A stretch of DNA of 64,000 nucleotides from Auanema rhodensis. Taxonomy: Eukaryota > Animalia > Nematoda. A program made the translations under genes and the position numbers. The stretch spans positions 4,588,001 to 4,652,000 of the forward strand of contig OZ059900.1 of the NCBI GenBank assembly GCA_964057225.1, written 5' to 3'. Below, piece by piece: positions 14,440 through 29,300 of the stretch. Every line of letters starts with the position of its first letter. Position 1 is the stretch's first letter. The notes beneath the pieces are model-generated. The model was given only the letters and a program-made list of their open reading frames with translations, made no database searches and was not told the origin of the DNA.

Positions 14440-16023
14440 ACCTGTTCACAAAAAATTGGAAGTCCTGGTTACCATGCATCAAACCCATTAAGATAGTGTT
14501 TCTAGACTAATATAACCATGGGGACTTCATTAAAATTAACAGTATTCTTCTATCTTCAACGGTATCCGAGTTACAAATCAAGATCACTTTCTTTGGATAC
14601 TTAGGTGGTATAGCTACCTGTTCACAAAAAATTGGAAGTCCTGGTTACCATGCATCAAACCCATTGAGATTGTGTTTCTAGACTAATATGACCATGATGA
14701 CTTCATTAAATTTCACAGTATTCTTCTATCTTCAACGGTATCCGAGTTACAAATCAAGATCACTTTCTTTGGATACTTAGGTGGTATAGCTACCTGTTCA
14801 CAAAAAATTGGAAGTCTTGGTTACCATGCATCAAATCCTTTAAGATAGTGTTTTTAGACTAATATAACCATGGGGACTTCATTTAATTTCACAGTATTCT
14901 TCTATCTTTAACGGTATCCGAGTTACAAATCAAGATCACTTTCTTTGGATACTTAGGTGGTATAGCTACCTGTTCACAAAAAATTGGAAGTCCTGGTTAC
15001 CATGCATCGAACCCATTAAGATTGTGTTTCTAGACTAATATGACCATGAGAAATTCATTTAAGTTCACAGTATTCTTCTATCTTCAACGGTATCCGAGTT
15101 ACAAATCAAGATCACTTTCTTTGGATACTTAGGTGGTATAGCTACCTGTTCACAAAAAATTGGAAGTCTTGGTTACCATGCATCAAATCCTTTAAGATAG
15201 TGTTTTTAGACTAATATAACCATGGGGACTTCATTAAATTTCACAGTATTCTTCTATCTTTAACGGTATCCGAGTTACAAATCAAGATCACTTTCTTTGG
15301 ATACTTAGGTGGTATAGCTACCTGTTCACAAAAAATTGGAAGTCCTGGTTACCATGCATCGAACCCATTAAGATTGTGTTTCTAGACTAATATGACCATG
15401 GGAAATTCATTAAATTTCACAGTATTCTTCTATCTTCAACGGTATCCGAGTTACAAATCAAGATCACTTTCTTTGGATACTTAGGTGGTATAGCTACCTG
15501 TTCACAAAAAATTGGAAGTCCTGGTTACCATGCATCAAACCCATTAAGATAGTGTTTCTAGACTAATATAACCATGGGGACTTCATTAAAATTAACAGTA
15601 TTCTTCTATCTTCAACGGTATCCGAGTTACAAATCAAGATCACTTTCTTTGGATACTTAGGTGGTATAGCTACCTGTTCACAAAAAATTGGAAGTCCTGG
15701 TTACCATGCATCAAACCCATTAAGATTGTGTTTCTAGACTAATATGACCATGATGACTTCATTAAATTTCACAGTATTCTTCTATCTTCAACGGTATCCG
15801 AGTTACAAATCAAGATCACTTTCTTTGGATACTTAGGTGGTATAGCTACCTGTTCACAAAAAATTGGAAGTCCTGGTTACCATGCATCAAACCCATTAAG
15901 ATTGTGTTTCTAGACTAATATGACCATGATGACTTCATTAAATTTCACAGTATTCTTCTATCTTCAACGGTATCCGAGTTACAAATCAAGATCACTTTCA
16001 TTGGATACTTAGGTGGTATAGCT

Positions 16024-18839
16024 ACCTGTTCACAAAAAATTGGAAGTCCTGGTTACCATGCATCAAACCCATTAAGATAGTGTTTCTAGACTAATATAAC
16101 CATGGGAAATTCATTTAAGTTCACAGTATTCTTCTATCTTTAACGGTATCCGAGTTACAAATCAAGATCACTTTCTTTGGATACTTAGGTGGTATAGCTA
16201 CCTGTTCACAAAAAATTGGAAGTCTTGGTTACCATGCATCAAATCCTTTAAGATAGTGTTTCTAAACTAATATAACCATGGGGACTTCATTAAAATTAAC
16301 AGTATTCTTTTATCTTCAACGGTATCCGAGTTACAAATCAAGATCACTCTCTTTGGATACTTAGGTGGTATAGCTACCTGTTCACAAAAAATTGGAAGTC
16401 CTGGTTACCATGCATCAAACCCATTAAGATTGTGTTTCTAGACTAATATGACCATGAGAAATTCATTTAAGTTCACAGTATTCTTCTATCTTTAACGTTA
16501 TCCGAGTTACAAATCAAGATCACTTTCTTTGGATACTTAGGTGGTATAGCTACCTGTTCACAAAAAATTGGAAGTCTTGGTTACCATGCATCAAATCCTT
16601 CAAGATAGTGTTTCTAGACTAATATAACCATGGGGACTTCATTGAAATTCACAGTATTCTTTTATCTTTAACGGTATCCGAGTTACAAATCAAGATCACT
16701 TTCTTTGGATACTTAGGTGGTATAGCTACCTGTTCACAAAAAATTGGAAGTCCTGGTTACCATGCATCAAACCCATTAAGATTGTGTTTCTAGACTAATA
16801 TGACCATGATGACTTCATTAAATTTCACAGTATTCTTCTATCTTCAACGGTATCCGAGTTACAAATCAAGATCACTTTCTTTGGATACTTAGGTGGTATA
16901 GCTACCTGTTCACAAAAAATTGGAAGTCCTGGTTACCATGCATCCAATCCTTTAAGATAGTGTTTCTAAACTAATATAACCATGGGGACTTCATTAAAAT
17001 TAACAGTATTCTTTTATCTTTAACGGTATCCGAGTTACAAATCAAGATCACTCTCTTTGGATACTTAGGTGGTATAGCTACCTGTTCACAAAAAATTGGA
17101 AGTCCTGGTTACCATGCATCAAACCCATTAAGATTGTGTTTCTAGACTAATATGACCATGAGAAATTCATTTAAGTTCACAGTATTCTTCTATCTTTAAC
17201 GTTATCCGAGTTACAAATCAAGATCACTTTCTTTGGATACTTAGGTGGTATAGCTACCTGTTCACAAAAAATTGGAAGTCCTGGTTACCATGCATCAAAC
17301 CCATTAAGATTGTGTTTCTAGACTAATATAACCATGGGGACTTCATTAAAATTAACAGTATTCTTCTATCTTCAACGGTATCCGAGTTACAAATCAAGAT
17401 CACTTTCTTTGGATACTTAGGTGGTATAGCTACCTGTTCACAAAAAATTGGAAGTCCTGGTTACCATGCATCAAACCCATTAAGATAGTGTTTCTAGACT
17501 AATATAACTATGGGAAATTCATTTAAGTTCACAGTATTCTTCTATCTTTAACGGTATCCGAGTTACAAATCAAGATCACTTTCTTTGGATACTTAGGTGG
17601 TATAGCTACCTGTTCACAAAAAATTGGAAGTCTTGGTTACCATGCATCAAATCCTTTAAGATAGTGTTTCTAAACTAATATAACCATGGGGACTTCATTA
17701 AAATTAACAGTATTCTTTTATCTTCAACGGTATCCGAGTTACAAATCAAGATCACTCTCTTTGGATACTTAGGTGGTATAGCTACCTGTTCACAAAAAAT
17801 TGGAAGTCCTGGTTACCATGCATCAAACCCATTAAGATTGTGTTTCTAGACTAATATGACCATGAGAAATTCATTTAAGTTCACAGTATTCTTCTATCTT
17901 TAACGTTATCCGAGTTACAAATCAAGATCACTTTCTTTGGATACTTAGGTGGTATAGCTACCTGTTCACAAAAAATTGGAAGTCTTGGTTACCATGCATC
18001 AAATCCTTCAAGATAGTGTTTCTAGACTAATATAACCATGGGGACTTCATTGAAATTCACAGTATTCTTTTATCTTTAACGGTATCCGAGTTACAAATCA
18101 AGATCACTTTCTTTGGATACTTAGGTGGTATAGCTACCTGTTCACAAAAAATTGGAAGTCCTGGTTACCATGCATCAAACCCATTAAGATTGTGTTTCTA
18201 GACTAATATGACCATGATGACTTCATTAAATTTCACAGTATTCTTCTATCTTCAACGGTATCCGAGTTACAAATCAAGATCACTTTCTTTGGATACTTAG
18301 GTGGTATAGCTACCTGTTCACAAAAAATTGGAAGTCCTGGTTACCATGCATCAAATCCTTTAAGATAGTGTTTCTAAACTAATATAACCATGGGGACTTC
18401 ATTAAAATTAACAGTATTCTTTTATCTTTAACGGTATCCGAGTTACAAATCAAGATCACTCTCTTTGGATACTTAGGTGGTATAGCTACCTGTTCACAAA
18501 AAATTGGAAGTCCTGGTTACCATGCATCAAACCCATTAAGATTGTGTTTCTAGACTAATATGACCATGAGAAATTCATTTAAGTTCACAGTATTCTTCTA
18601 TCTTTAACGTTATCCGAGTTACAAATCAAGATCACTTTCTTTGGATACTTAGGTGGTATAGCTACCTGTTCACAAAAAATTGGAAGTCCTGGTTACCATG
18701 CATCAAACCCATTAAGATTGTGTTTCTAGACTAATATAACCATGGGGACTTCATTAAAATTAACAGTATTCTTCTATCTTCAACGGTATCCGAGTTACAA
18801 ATCAAGATCACTTTCTTTGGATACTTAGGTGGTATAGCT
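16024..18839 (+). repeat. 8-monomer (1408 bp) tandem duplication
   Basis: The rare variant ccttcaag+attgaaattc occurs in monomers at 16552 and 17960. aacgttatcc monomers occur at 16376/17784 and 17080/18488. All offsets are 1408. Confidence 0.85.
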
Positions 18840-21800
18840 ACCTGTTCACAAAAAATTGGAAGTCCTGGTTACCATGCATCAAACCCATTAAGATAGTGTT
18901 TCTAGACTAATATAACCATGAGGACTTCATTAAATTTCACAGTATTCTTCTATCTTCAACGGTATCCGAGTTACAAATCAAGATCACTTTCTTTGGATAC
19001 TTAGGTGATATAGCTACCTGTTCACAAAAAATTGGAAGTCCTGGTTACCATGCATCAAACCCATTAAGATTGTGTTTCTAGACTAATATAACCATGGGGA
19101 CTTCATTAAATTTCACAGTATTCTTTTATCTTTAACGGTATCCGAGTTACAAATCAAGATCACTTTCTTTGGATACTTAGGTGGTATAGCTACCTGTTCA
19201 CAAAAAATTGGAACTCCTGGTTACCATGCATCGAACCCATTAAGATTGTGTTTCTAGACTAATATGACCATGGGAAATTCATTTAAGTTCACAGTAGTCT
19301 TCTATCTTTAACGGTATCCGAGTTACAAATCAAGATCACTTTCTTTGGATACTTAGGTGGTATAGCTACCTGTTCACAAAAAATTGGAAGTCCTGGTTAC
19401 TATGCATCAAACCCATTAAGATAGTGTTTCTAGACTAATATAACCATGGGAAATTCATTTAAGTTCACAGTATTCTTCTATCTTTAACGGTATCCGAGTT
19501 ACAAATCAAGATCACTTTCTTTGGATACTTAGGTGGTATAGCTACCTGTTCACAAAAAATTGGAAGTCTTGGTTACCATGCATCAAATCCTTTAAGATAG
19601 TGTTTCTAAACTAATATAACCATGGGGACTTCATTAAAATTAACAGTATTCTTTTATCTTTAACGGTATCCGAGTTACAAATCAAGATCACTCTCTTTGG
19701 ATACTTAGGTGGTATAGCTACCTGTTCACAAAAAATTGGAAGTCCTGGTTACCATGCATCAAACCCATTAAGATTGTGTTTCTAGACTAATATGACCATG
19801 AGAAATTCATTTAAGTTCACAGTATTCTTCTATCTTTAACGTTATCCGAGTTACAAATCAAGATCACTTTCTTTGGATACTTAGGTGATATAGCTACCTG
19901 TTCACAAAAAATTGGAAGTCCTGGTTACCATGCATCAAACCCATTAAGATTGTGTTTCTAGACTAATATGACCATGATGACTTCATTAAATTTCACAGTA
20001 TTCTTCTATCTTCAACGGTATCCGAGTTACAAATCAAGATCACTTTCTTTGGATACTTAGGTGGTATAGCTACCTGTTCACAAAAAATTGGAAGTCCTGG
20101 TTACCATGCATCAAACCCATTAAGATAGTGTTTCTAGACTAATATAACCATGGGGACTTCATTAAAATTAACAGTATTCTTCTATCTTCAACGGTATCCG
20201 AGTTACAAATCAAGATCACTTTCTTTGGATACTTAGGTGGTATAGCTACCTGTTCACAAAAAATTGGAAGTCCTGGTTACCATGCATCAAACCCATTAAG
20301 ATTGTGTTTCTAGACTAATATGACCATGCTGACTTCATTGAAATTCACAGTATTCTTTTATCTTTAACGGTATCCGAGTTACAAATCAAGATCACTTTCT
20401 TTGGATACTTAGGTGGTATAGCTACCTGTTCACAAAAAATTGGAAGTCCTGGTTACCATGCATCAAACCCATTAAGATTGTGTTTCTAGACTAATATGAC
20501 CATGATGACTTCATTAAATTTCACAGTATTCTTCTATCTTCAACGGTATCCGAGTTACAAATCAAGATCACTTTCTTTGGATACTTAGGTGGTATAGCTA
20601 CCTGTTCACAAAAATTTGGAAGTCCTGGTTACCATGCATCAAACCCATTAAGATAGTGTTTCTAGACTAATATAACCATGGGGACTTCATTAAAATTAAC
20701 AGTATTCTTCTATCTTCAACGGTATCCGAGTTACAAATCAAGATCACTTTCTTTGGATACTTAGGTGGTATAGCTACCTGTTCACAAAAAATTGGAAGTC
20801 CTGGTTACCATGCATCAAACCCATTAAGATTGTGTTTCTAGACTAATATGACCATGATGACTTCATTAAATTTCACAGTATTCTTCTATCTTCAACGGTA
20901 TCCGAGTTACAAATCAAGATCACTTTCTTTGGATACTTAGGTGATATAGCTACCTGTTCACAAAAAATTCGAAGTCTTGGTTACCATGCATCAAATCCTT
21001 TAAGATAGTGTTTCTAGACTAATATAACCATGGGGACTTCATTAAAATTAACAGTATTCTTTTATCTTTAACGGTATCCGAGTTACAAATCAAGATCACT
21101 TTCTTTGAATACTTAGGTGGTATAGCTACCTGTTCACAAAAAATTGGAAGTCCTGGTTACCATGCATCAAACCCATTAAGATTGTGTTTCTAGACTAATA
21201 TGACCATGCTGACTTCATTGAAATTCACAGTATTCTTTTATCTTTAACGGTATCCGAGTTACAAATCAAGATCACTTTCTTTGGATACTTAGGTGGTATA
21301 GCTACCTGTTCACAAAAAATTGGAAGTCCTGGTTACCATGCATCAAACCCATTAGGATTGTGTTTCTAGACTAATATGACCATGAGAAATTCATTTAAGT
21401 TCACAGTATTCTTCTATCTTTAACGGTATCCGAGTTACAAATCAAGATCACTTTCTTTGGATACTTAGGTGGTATAGCTACCTGTTCACAAAAAATTGGA
21501 ACTCCTGGTTACCATGCATCGAACCTATTAAGATTGTGTTTCTAGGCTAATATGACCATGGGAAATTCATTTAAGTTCACAGTAGTCTTCTATCTTTAAC
21601 GGTATCCGAGTTACAAATCAAGATCACTTTCTTTGGATACTTAGGTGGTATAGCTACCTGTTCACAAAAAATTGGAAGTCTTGGTTACCATGCATCAAAT
21701 CCTTTAAGATAGTGTTTCTAAACTAATATAACCATGGGGACTTCATTAAAATTAACAGTATTCTTTTATCTTTAACGGTATCCGAGTTACAAATCAAGAT

Positions 21801-22359
21801 CACTCTCTTTGGATACTTAGGTGGTATAGCTACCTGTTCACAAAAAATTGGAAGTCCTGGTTACCATGCATCAAACCCATTAAGATTATGTTTCTAGACT
21901 AATATGACCATGAGAAATTCATTTAAGTTCACAGAATTCTTCTATCTTTAACGTTATCCGAGTTACAAATCAAGATCACTTTCTTTGGATACTTAGGTGG
22001 TATAGCTACCTGTTCACAAAAAATTGGAAGTCTTGGTTACCATGCATCAAATCCTTTAAGATAGTGTTTCTAGACTAATATAACCATGGGAACTTCATTA
22101 AATTTCACAGTATTCTTCTATCTATAACGGTATCCGAGTTACAAATCAAGATCACTTTCTTTGGATACTTAGGTGGTATAGCTACCTGTTCACAAAAAAT
22201 TGGAAGTCCTGGTTACCATGCATCAAACCCATTAAGATTGTGTTTCTAGACTAATATGACCATGAGAAATTCATTTAAGTTCACAGTATTCTTCTATCTT
22301 TAACGGTATCCGAGTTACAAATCAAGAATACTTTCTTTGGATACTTAGGTGGTATAGCT

Positions 22360-22575
22360 ACCTGTTCACAAAAAATTGGAAGTCCTGGTTACCATGCATC
22401 GAACCCATTAAGATTGTGTTTCTAGACTAATATGATCATGGGAAATTCATTTAAGTTCACAGTAGTCTAATATGACCATGATGACTTCATTAAATTTCAC
22501 AGTATTCTTCTATCTTCAACGGTATCCGAGTTACAAATCAAGATCACTTTCTTTGGATACTTAGGTGGTATAGCT
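22360..22575 (+). other. Aberrant 216-bp unit: two monomers fused by a 136-bp deletion (apparent 40-bp internal duplication)
   Basis: ctaatatg occurs at both 22427 and 22467. The junction reads ...cacagTAGTCT|aatatgaccatgatgac... The next unit starts at 22576. Confidence 0.93.
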
Positions 22576-23369
22576 ACCTGTTCACAAAAAATTGGAAGTC
22601 CTGGTTACCATGCATCAAACCCATTAAGATTGTGTTTCTAGACTAATATGACCATGATGACTTCATTAAATTTCACAGTATTCTTCTATCTTCAACGGTA
22701 TCCGAGTTACAAATCAAGATCACTTTCTTTGGATACTTAGGTGGTATAGCTACCTGTTCACAAAAAATTGGAAGTCTTGGTTACCATGCATCAAACACAA
22801 TAAGATAGTGTTTCTAGACTAATATAACCCTGGGGACTTCATTAAAATTAACAGTCTTCTTCTATCTTCAACGGTATCCGAGTTACAGATCAAGATCACT
22901 TTCTTTGGATACTTAGGTGGTATAGCTACCTGTTCACAAAAAATTGGAAGTCCTGGTTACCATGCATCGAACCCATTAAGATTGTGTTTCTAGACTAATA
23001 TGATCATGGGAAATTCATTTACGTTCACAGTAGTCTTCTATCTTTAACGGTATCCGAGTTACAAATCAAGATCACTTTCTTTGGATACTTAGGTGGTATA
23101 GCTACTTGTTCACAAAAAATTGGAAGTCTTGGTTACCATGCATCAAATCCTTTAAGATAGTGTTTCTAGACTAATATAACCATGGGGACTTCATTAAATT
23201 TCACAGTATTCTTCTATCTTCAACGGTATCCGAGTTACAAATCAAGATCACTTTCTTTGGATACTTAGGTGATATAGCTACCTGTTCACAAAAAATTGGA
23301 AGTCCTGGTTACCATGCATCAAACCCATTAAGATTGTGTTTCTAGACTAATATGACCATGGGGACTTCA

Positions 23370-26300
23370 TTAAAATTAACAGTCTTCTTCTATCTTCAAC
23401 GGTATCCGAGTTACAGATCAAGATCACTTTCTTTGGATACTTAGGTGATATAGCTACCTGTTCCCAAAAAATTGGAAGTCTTGGTTACCATGCATCAAAC
23501 ACAATACGATAGTGTTTCTAGACTAATATGACCATGGGGACTTCATTAAAATTAACAGTATTCTTTTATCTTTAACGGTATCCGAAATACAAATCAAGAT
23601 CACTTTCTTTGGATACTTAGGTGGTATAGCTACCTGTTCACAAAAAATTGGAAGTCTTGGTTACCATGCATCAAATCCTTTGAGATAGTGTTTCTAGACT
23701 AATATAACCATGGGGACTTCATTAAAATTAACAGTATTCTTTTATCTTTAACGGTATCCGAGTTACAAATCAAGATCACTCTCTTTGGATACTTAGGTGG
23801 TATAGCTACCTGTTCACAAAAAATTGGAAGTCCTGGTTACCATGCATCAAACCCATTAAGATTGTGTTTCTAGACTAATATGACCATGAGAAATTCATTT
23901 AAGTTCACAGTATTCTTCTATCTTTAACGGTATCCGAGTTACAAATCAAGATCACTTTCTTTGGATACTTCGGTGGTATAGCTACCTGTTCACAAAAAAT
24001 TGGAAGTCCTGGTTACCATGCATCGAACCCATTAAGATTGTGTTTCTAGACTAATATGACCATGGGAAATTCATTTAAGTTCACAGTAGTCTTCTATCTT
24101 TAACGGTATCCGAGTTACAAATCAAGATCACTTTCTTTGGATACTTAGGTGGTATAGCTACCTGTTCACAAAAAATTGGAAGTCCTGGTTACCATGCATC
24201 AAACCCATTAAGATTGTGTTTCTAGACTAATATGACCATGATGACTTCATTAAATTTCACAGTATTCTTCTATCTTCAACGGTATCCGAGTTACAAATCA
24301 AGATCACTTTCTTTGGATAGTTAGGTGGTATAGCTACCTGTTCACAAAAAATTGGAAGTCTTGGTTACCATGCATCACATCCTTTGAGATAGTGTTTCTA
24401 GACTAATATGACCATGAAGACTTCATTAAAGTTCACAGTATTCTTCCATCTTTAACGGTATCCGAGTTACAAATCAAGATCACTTTCTTTGGATACTTAG
24501 GTGGTATAGCTACCTGTTCACAAAAAATTGGAAGTCCTGGTTACCATGCATCAAACCCATTAAGATTGTGTTTCTAGACTAATATGACCATGAGAAATTA
24601 ATTTAAGTTCACAGTATTCTTCTATCTTTAACGGTATCCGAGTTACAAATCAAGATCACTTTCTTTGGATACTTAGGTGGTATAGCTACCTGTTCACAAA
24701 AAATTGGAAGTCCTATTTACCCATGCATCAAACACAATACGATAGTGTTTCTAGACTAATATGACCATGGGGAGTTCATTTAAATTAACAGTATTCTTTT
24801 ATCTTTAACGGTATCCGAGTTACAAATCAAGATCACTCTCTTTGGATACTTAGGTGGTATAGCTACCTGTTCACAAAAAATTGGAAGTCTTGGTTACCAT
24901 GCATCAAATCCTTTAAGATCGTGTTTCTAGACTAATATAACCATGGAGACTTCATTAAATTTCACAGTATTCTTCTATCTTCAACGGTATCCGAGTTACA
25001 AATCAAGATCACTTTCTTTGGATAGTTAGGTGGTATAGCTACCTGTTCACAAAAAATTGGAAGTCTTGGTTACCATGCATCACATCCTTTGAGATAGTGT
25101 TTCTAGACTAATATGACCATGAAGACTTCATTAAAGTTCACAGTATTCTTCCATCTTCAACGGTATCCGAGTTACAAATCAAGATCACTTTCTTTGGATA
25201 GTTAGGTGGTATAGCTACCTGTTCACAAAAAATTGGAAGTCTTGGTTACCATGCATCAAACCCATTAAGATTGTGTTTCTAGACTAATATGACCATGATG
25301 ATTTCATTAAATTTCACAGTATTCTTCTATCTTCAACGGTATCCGAGTTACAAATCAAGATCACTTTCTTTGGATACTTAGGTGGTATAGCTACCTGTTC
25401 ACAAAAAATTGGAAGTCCTGGTTACCATGCATCAAACCCATTAAGATTGTGTTTCTAGACTAATATGACCATGAGAAATTAATTTAAGTTCACAGTATTC
25501 TTCTATCTTTAACGGTATCCGAGTTACAAATCAAGATCACTTTCTTTGGATACTTAGGTGGTATAGCTACCTGTTCACAAAAAATTGGAAGTCCTATTTA
25601 CCATGCATCAAACACAATACGATAGTGTTTCTAGACTAATATGACCATGGGGACTTCATTAAAGTTCACAGTATTCTTCCATCTTTAACGGTATCCGAGT
25701 TACAAATCAAGATCACTTTCTTTGGATAGTTAGGTGGTATAGCTACCTGTTCACAAAAAATTGGAAGTCTTGGTTACCATGCATCACATCCTTTGAGATA
25801 GTGTTTCTAGACTAATATGACCATGAAGACTTCATTAAAGTTCACAGTATTCTTCCATCTTTAACGGTATCCGAGTTACAAATCAAGATCACTTTCTTTG
25901 GATACTTAGGTGGTATAGCTACCTGTTCACAAAAAATTGGAAGTCCTGGTTACCATGCATCAAACCCATTAAGATTGTGTTTCTAGACTAATATGACCAT
26001 GAGAAATTAATTTAAGTTCACAGTATTCTTCTATCTTTAACGGTATCCGAGTTACAAATCAAGATCACTTTCTTTGGATACTTAGGTGGTATAGCTACCT
26101 GTTCACAAAAAATTGGAAGTCCTATTTACCCATGCATCAAACACAATACGATAGTGTTTCTAGACTAATATGACCATGGGGAGTTCATTTAAATTAACAG
26201 TATTCTTTTATCTTTAACGGTATCCGAGTTACAAATCAAGATCACTCTCTTTGGATACTTAGGTGGTATAGCTACCTGTTCACAAAAAATTGGAAGTCTT

Positions 26301-29300
26301 GGTTACCATGCATCAAATCCTTTAAGATAGTGTTTCTAGACTAATATAACCATGGAGACTTCATTAAATTTCACAGTATTCTTCTATCTTCAACGGTATC
26401 CGAGTTACAAATCAAGATCACTTTCTTTGGATAGTTAGGTGGTATAGCTACCTGTTCACAAAAAATTGGAAGTCTTGGTTACCATGCATCACATCCTTTG
26501 AGATAGTGTTTCTAGACTAATATGACCATGAAGACTTCATTAAAGTTCACAGTATTCTTCCATCTTCAACGGTATCCGAGTTACAAATCAAGATCACTTT
26601 CTTTGGATAGTTAGGTGGTATAGCTACCTGTTCACAAAAAATTGGAAGTCTTGGTTACCATGCATCAAACCCATTAAGATTGTGTTTCTAGACTAATATG
26701 ACCATGATGATTTCATTAAATTTCACAGTATTCTTCTATCTTCAACGGTATCCGAGTTACAAATCAAGATCACTTTCTTTGGATACTTAGGTGGTATAGC
26801 TACCTGTTCACAAAAAATTGGAAGTCCTGGTTACCATGCATCAAACCCATTAAGATTGTGTTTCTAGACTAATATGACCATGAGAAATTAATTTAAGTTC
26901 ACAGTATTCTTCTATCTTTAACGGTATCCGAGTTACAAATCAAGATCACTTTCTTTGGATACTTAGGTGGTATAGCTACCTGTTCACAAAAAATTGGAAG
27001 TCCTATTTACCATGCATCAAACACAATACGATAGTGTTTCTAGACTAATATGACCATGGGGACTTCATTAAAATTAACAGTATTCTTTTATCTTTAACGG
27101 TATCCGAGTTACAAATCAAGATCACTTTCTTTGGATACTTAGGTGGTATAGCTACCTGTTCACAAAAAATTGGAAGTCTTGGTTACCATGCATCAAATCC
27201 TTTAAGATAGTGTTTCTAGACTAATATAACCATGGGGACTTCATTAAATTTCACAGTATTCTTCTATCTTCAACGGTATCCGAGTTACAAATCAAGATCA
27301 CTTTCTTTGGATACTTAGGTGGTATAGCTACCTGTTCACAAAAAATTGGAAGTCCTGGTTACCATGCATCAAACCCATTAAGATTGTGTTTCTAGACTAA
27401 TATGACCATGATGACTTCATTAAATTTCACAGTATTCTTCTATCTTTAATGGTATCCGAGTTACAAATCAAGATCACTTTCTTTGGATACTTAGGTGATA
27501 TAGCTACCTGTTCACAAAAAATTGGAAGTCCTATTTACCATGCATCAAACACAATACGATAGTGTTTCTAGACTAATATGACCATGAAAAATTCATTTAA
27601 GTTCACAGTATTCTTCTATCTTTAACGGTATCCGAGTTACAAATCAAGATCACTTTCTTTGGATACTTAGGTGGTATAGCTACCTGTTCCCAAAAAATTG
27701 GAAGTCTTGGTTACCATGCATCAAATCCTTTAAGACAGTGTTTCTAGACTAATATAACCATGGGGACTTCATTAAATTTCACAGTATTCTTCTATCTTCA
27801 ACGGTATCCGAGTTACAAATCAAGATCACTTTCTTTGGATACTTAGGTGGTATAGCTACCTGTTCACAAAAAATTGGAAGTCCTATTTACCATGCATCAA
27901 ACACAATACGATAGTGTTTCTAGACTAATATGACCATGAAAAATTCATTTAAGTTCACAGTATTCTTCTATCTTTAACGGTATCCGAGTTACAAATCAAG
28001 ATCACTTTCTTTGGATACTTAGGTGGTATAGCTACCTGTTCCCAAAAAATTGGAAGTCTTGGTTACCATGCATCAAATCCTTTAAGACAGTGTTTCTAGA
28101 CTAATATAACCATGGGGACTTCATTAAATTTCACAGTATTCTTCTATCTTCAACGGTATCCGAGTTACAAATCAAGATCACTTTCTTTGGATACTTAGGT
28201 GGTATAGCTACCTGTTCAAAAAAAATTGGAAGTCCTGGTTACCATGCATCAAACCCATTAAGATTGTGTTTCTAGACTAATATGACCATGAGAAATTCAT
28301 TTAAGTTCACAGTATTCTTCTATCTTTAACGGTATCCGAGTTACAAATCAAGATCACTTTCTTTGGATACTTAGGTGGTATAGCTACCTGTTCACAAAAA
28401 ATTGGAAGTCTTGGTTACCATGCATCAAATCCTTTAAGATAGTGTTTCTAAACTAATATAACCATGGGGACTTCATTAAAATTAACAGTATTCTTTTATC
28501 TTCAACGGTATCCGAGTTACAAATCAAGATCACTTTCTTTGGATACTTAGGTGGTATAGCTACCTGTTCACAAAAAATTGGAAGTCCTGGTTACCATGCA
28601 TCAAACCCATTAAGATTGTGTTTCTAGACTAATATGACCATGAGAAATTTATTTAAGTTCACAGTATTCTTCTATCTTTAACGGTATCCGAGTTACAAAT
28701 CAAGATCACTTTCTTTGGATACTTAGGTGGTATAGCTACCTGTTCACAAAAAATTGGAAGTCCTGGTTACCATGCATCAAACCCATTAAGATTGTGTTTC
28801 TAGACTAATATGACCATGAGAAATTCATTTAAGTTCACAGTATTCTTCTATCTTTAACGTTATCCGAGTTACAAATCAAGATCACTTTCTTTGGATACTT
28901 AGGTGGTATAGCTACCTGTTCACAAAAAATTGGAAGTCTTGGTTACCATGCATCAAATCCTTTAAGATAGTGTTTCTAGACTAATATAACCATGGGGACT
29001 TCATTAAATTTCACAGTATTCTTCTATCTTTAACGGTATCCGAGTTACAAATCAAGATCACTTTCTTTGGATACTTAGGTGGTATAGCTACCTGTTCACA
29101 AAAAATTGGAAGTCTTGGTTACCATGCATCAAATCCTTTAAGATAGTGTTTCTAAACTAATATAACCATGGGGACTTCATTAAAATTAACAGTATTCTTT
29201 TATCTTCAACGGTATCCGAGTTACAAATCAAGATCACTTTCTTTGGATACTTAGGTGGTATAGCTACCTGTTCACAAAAAATTGGAAGTCCTGGTTACCA

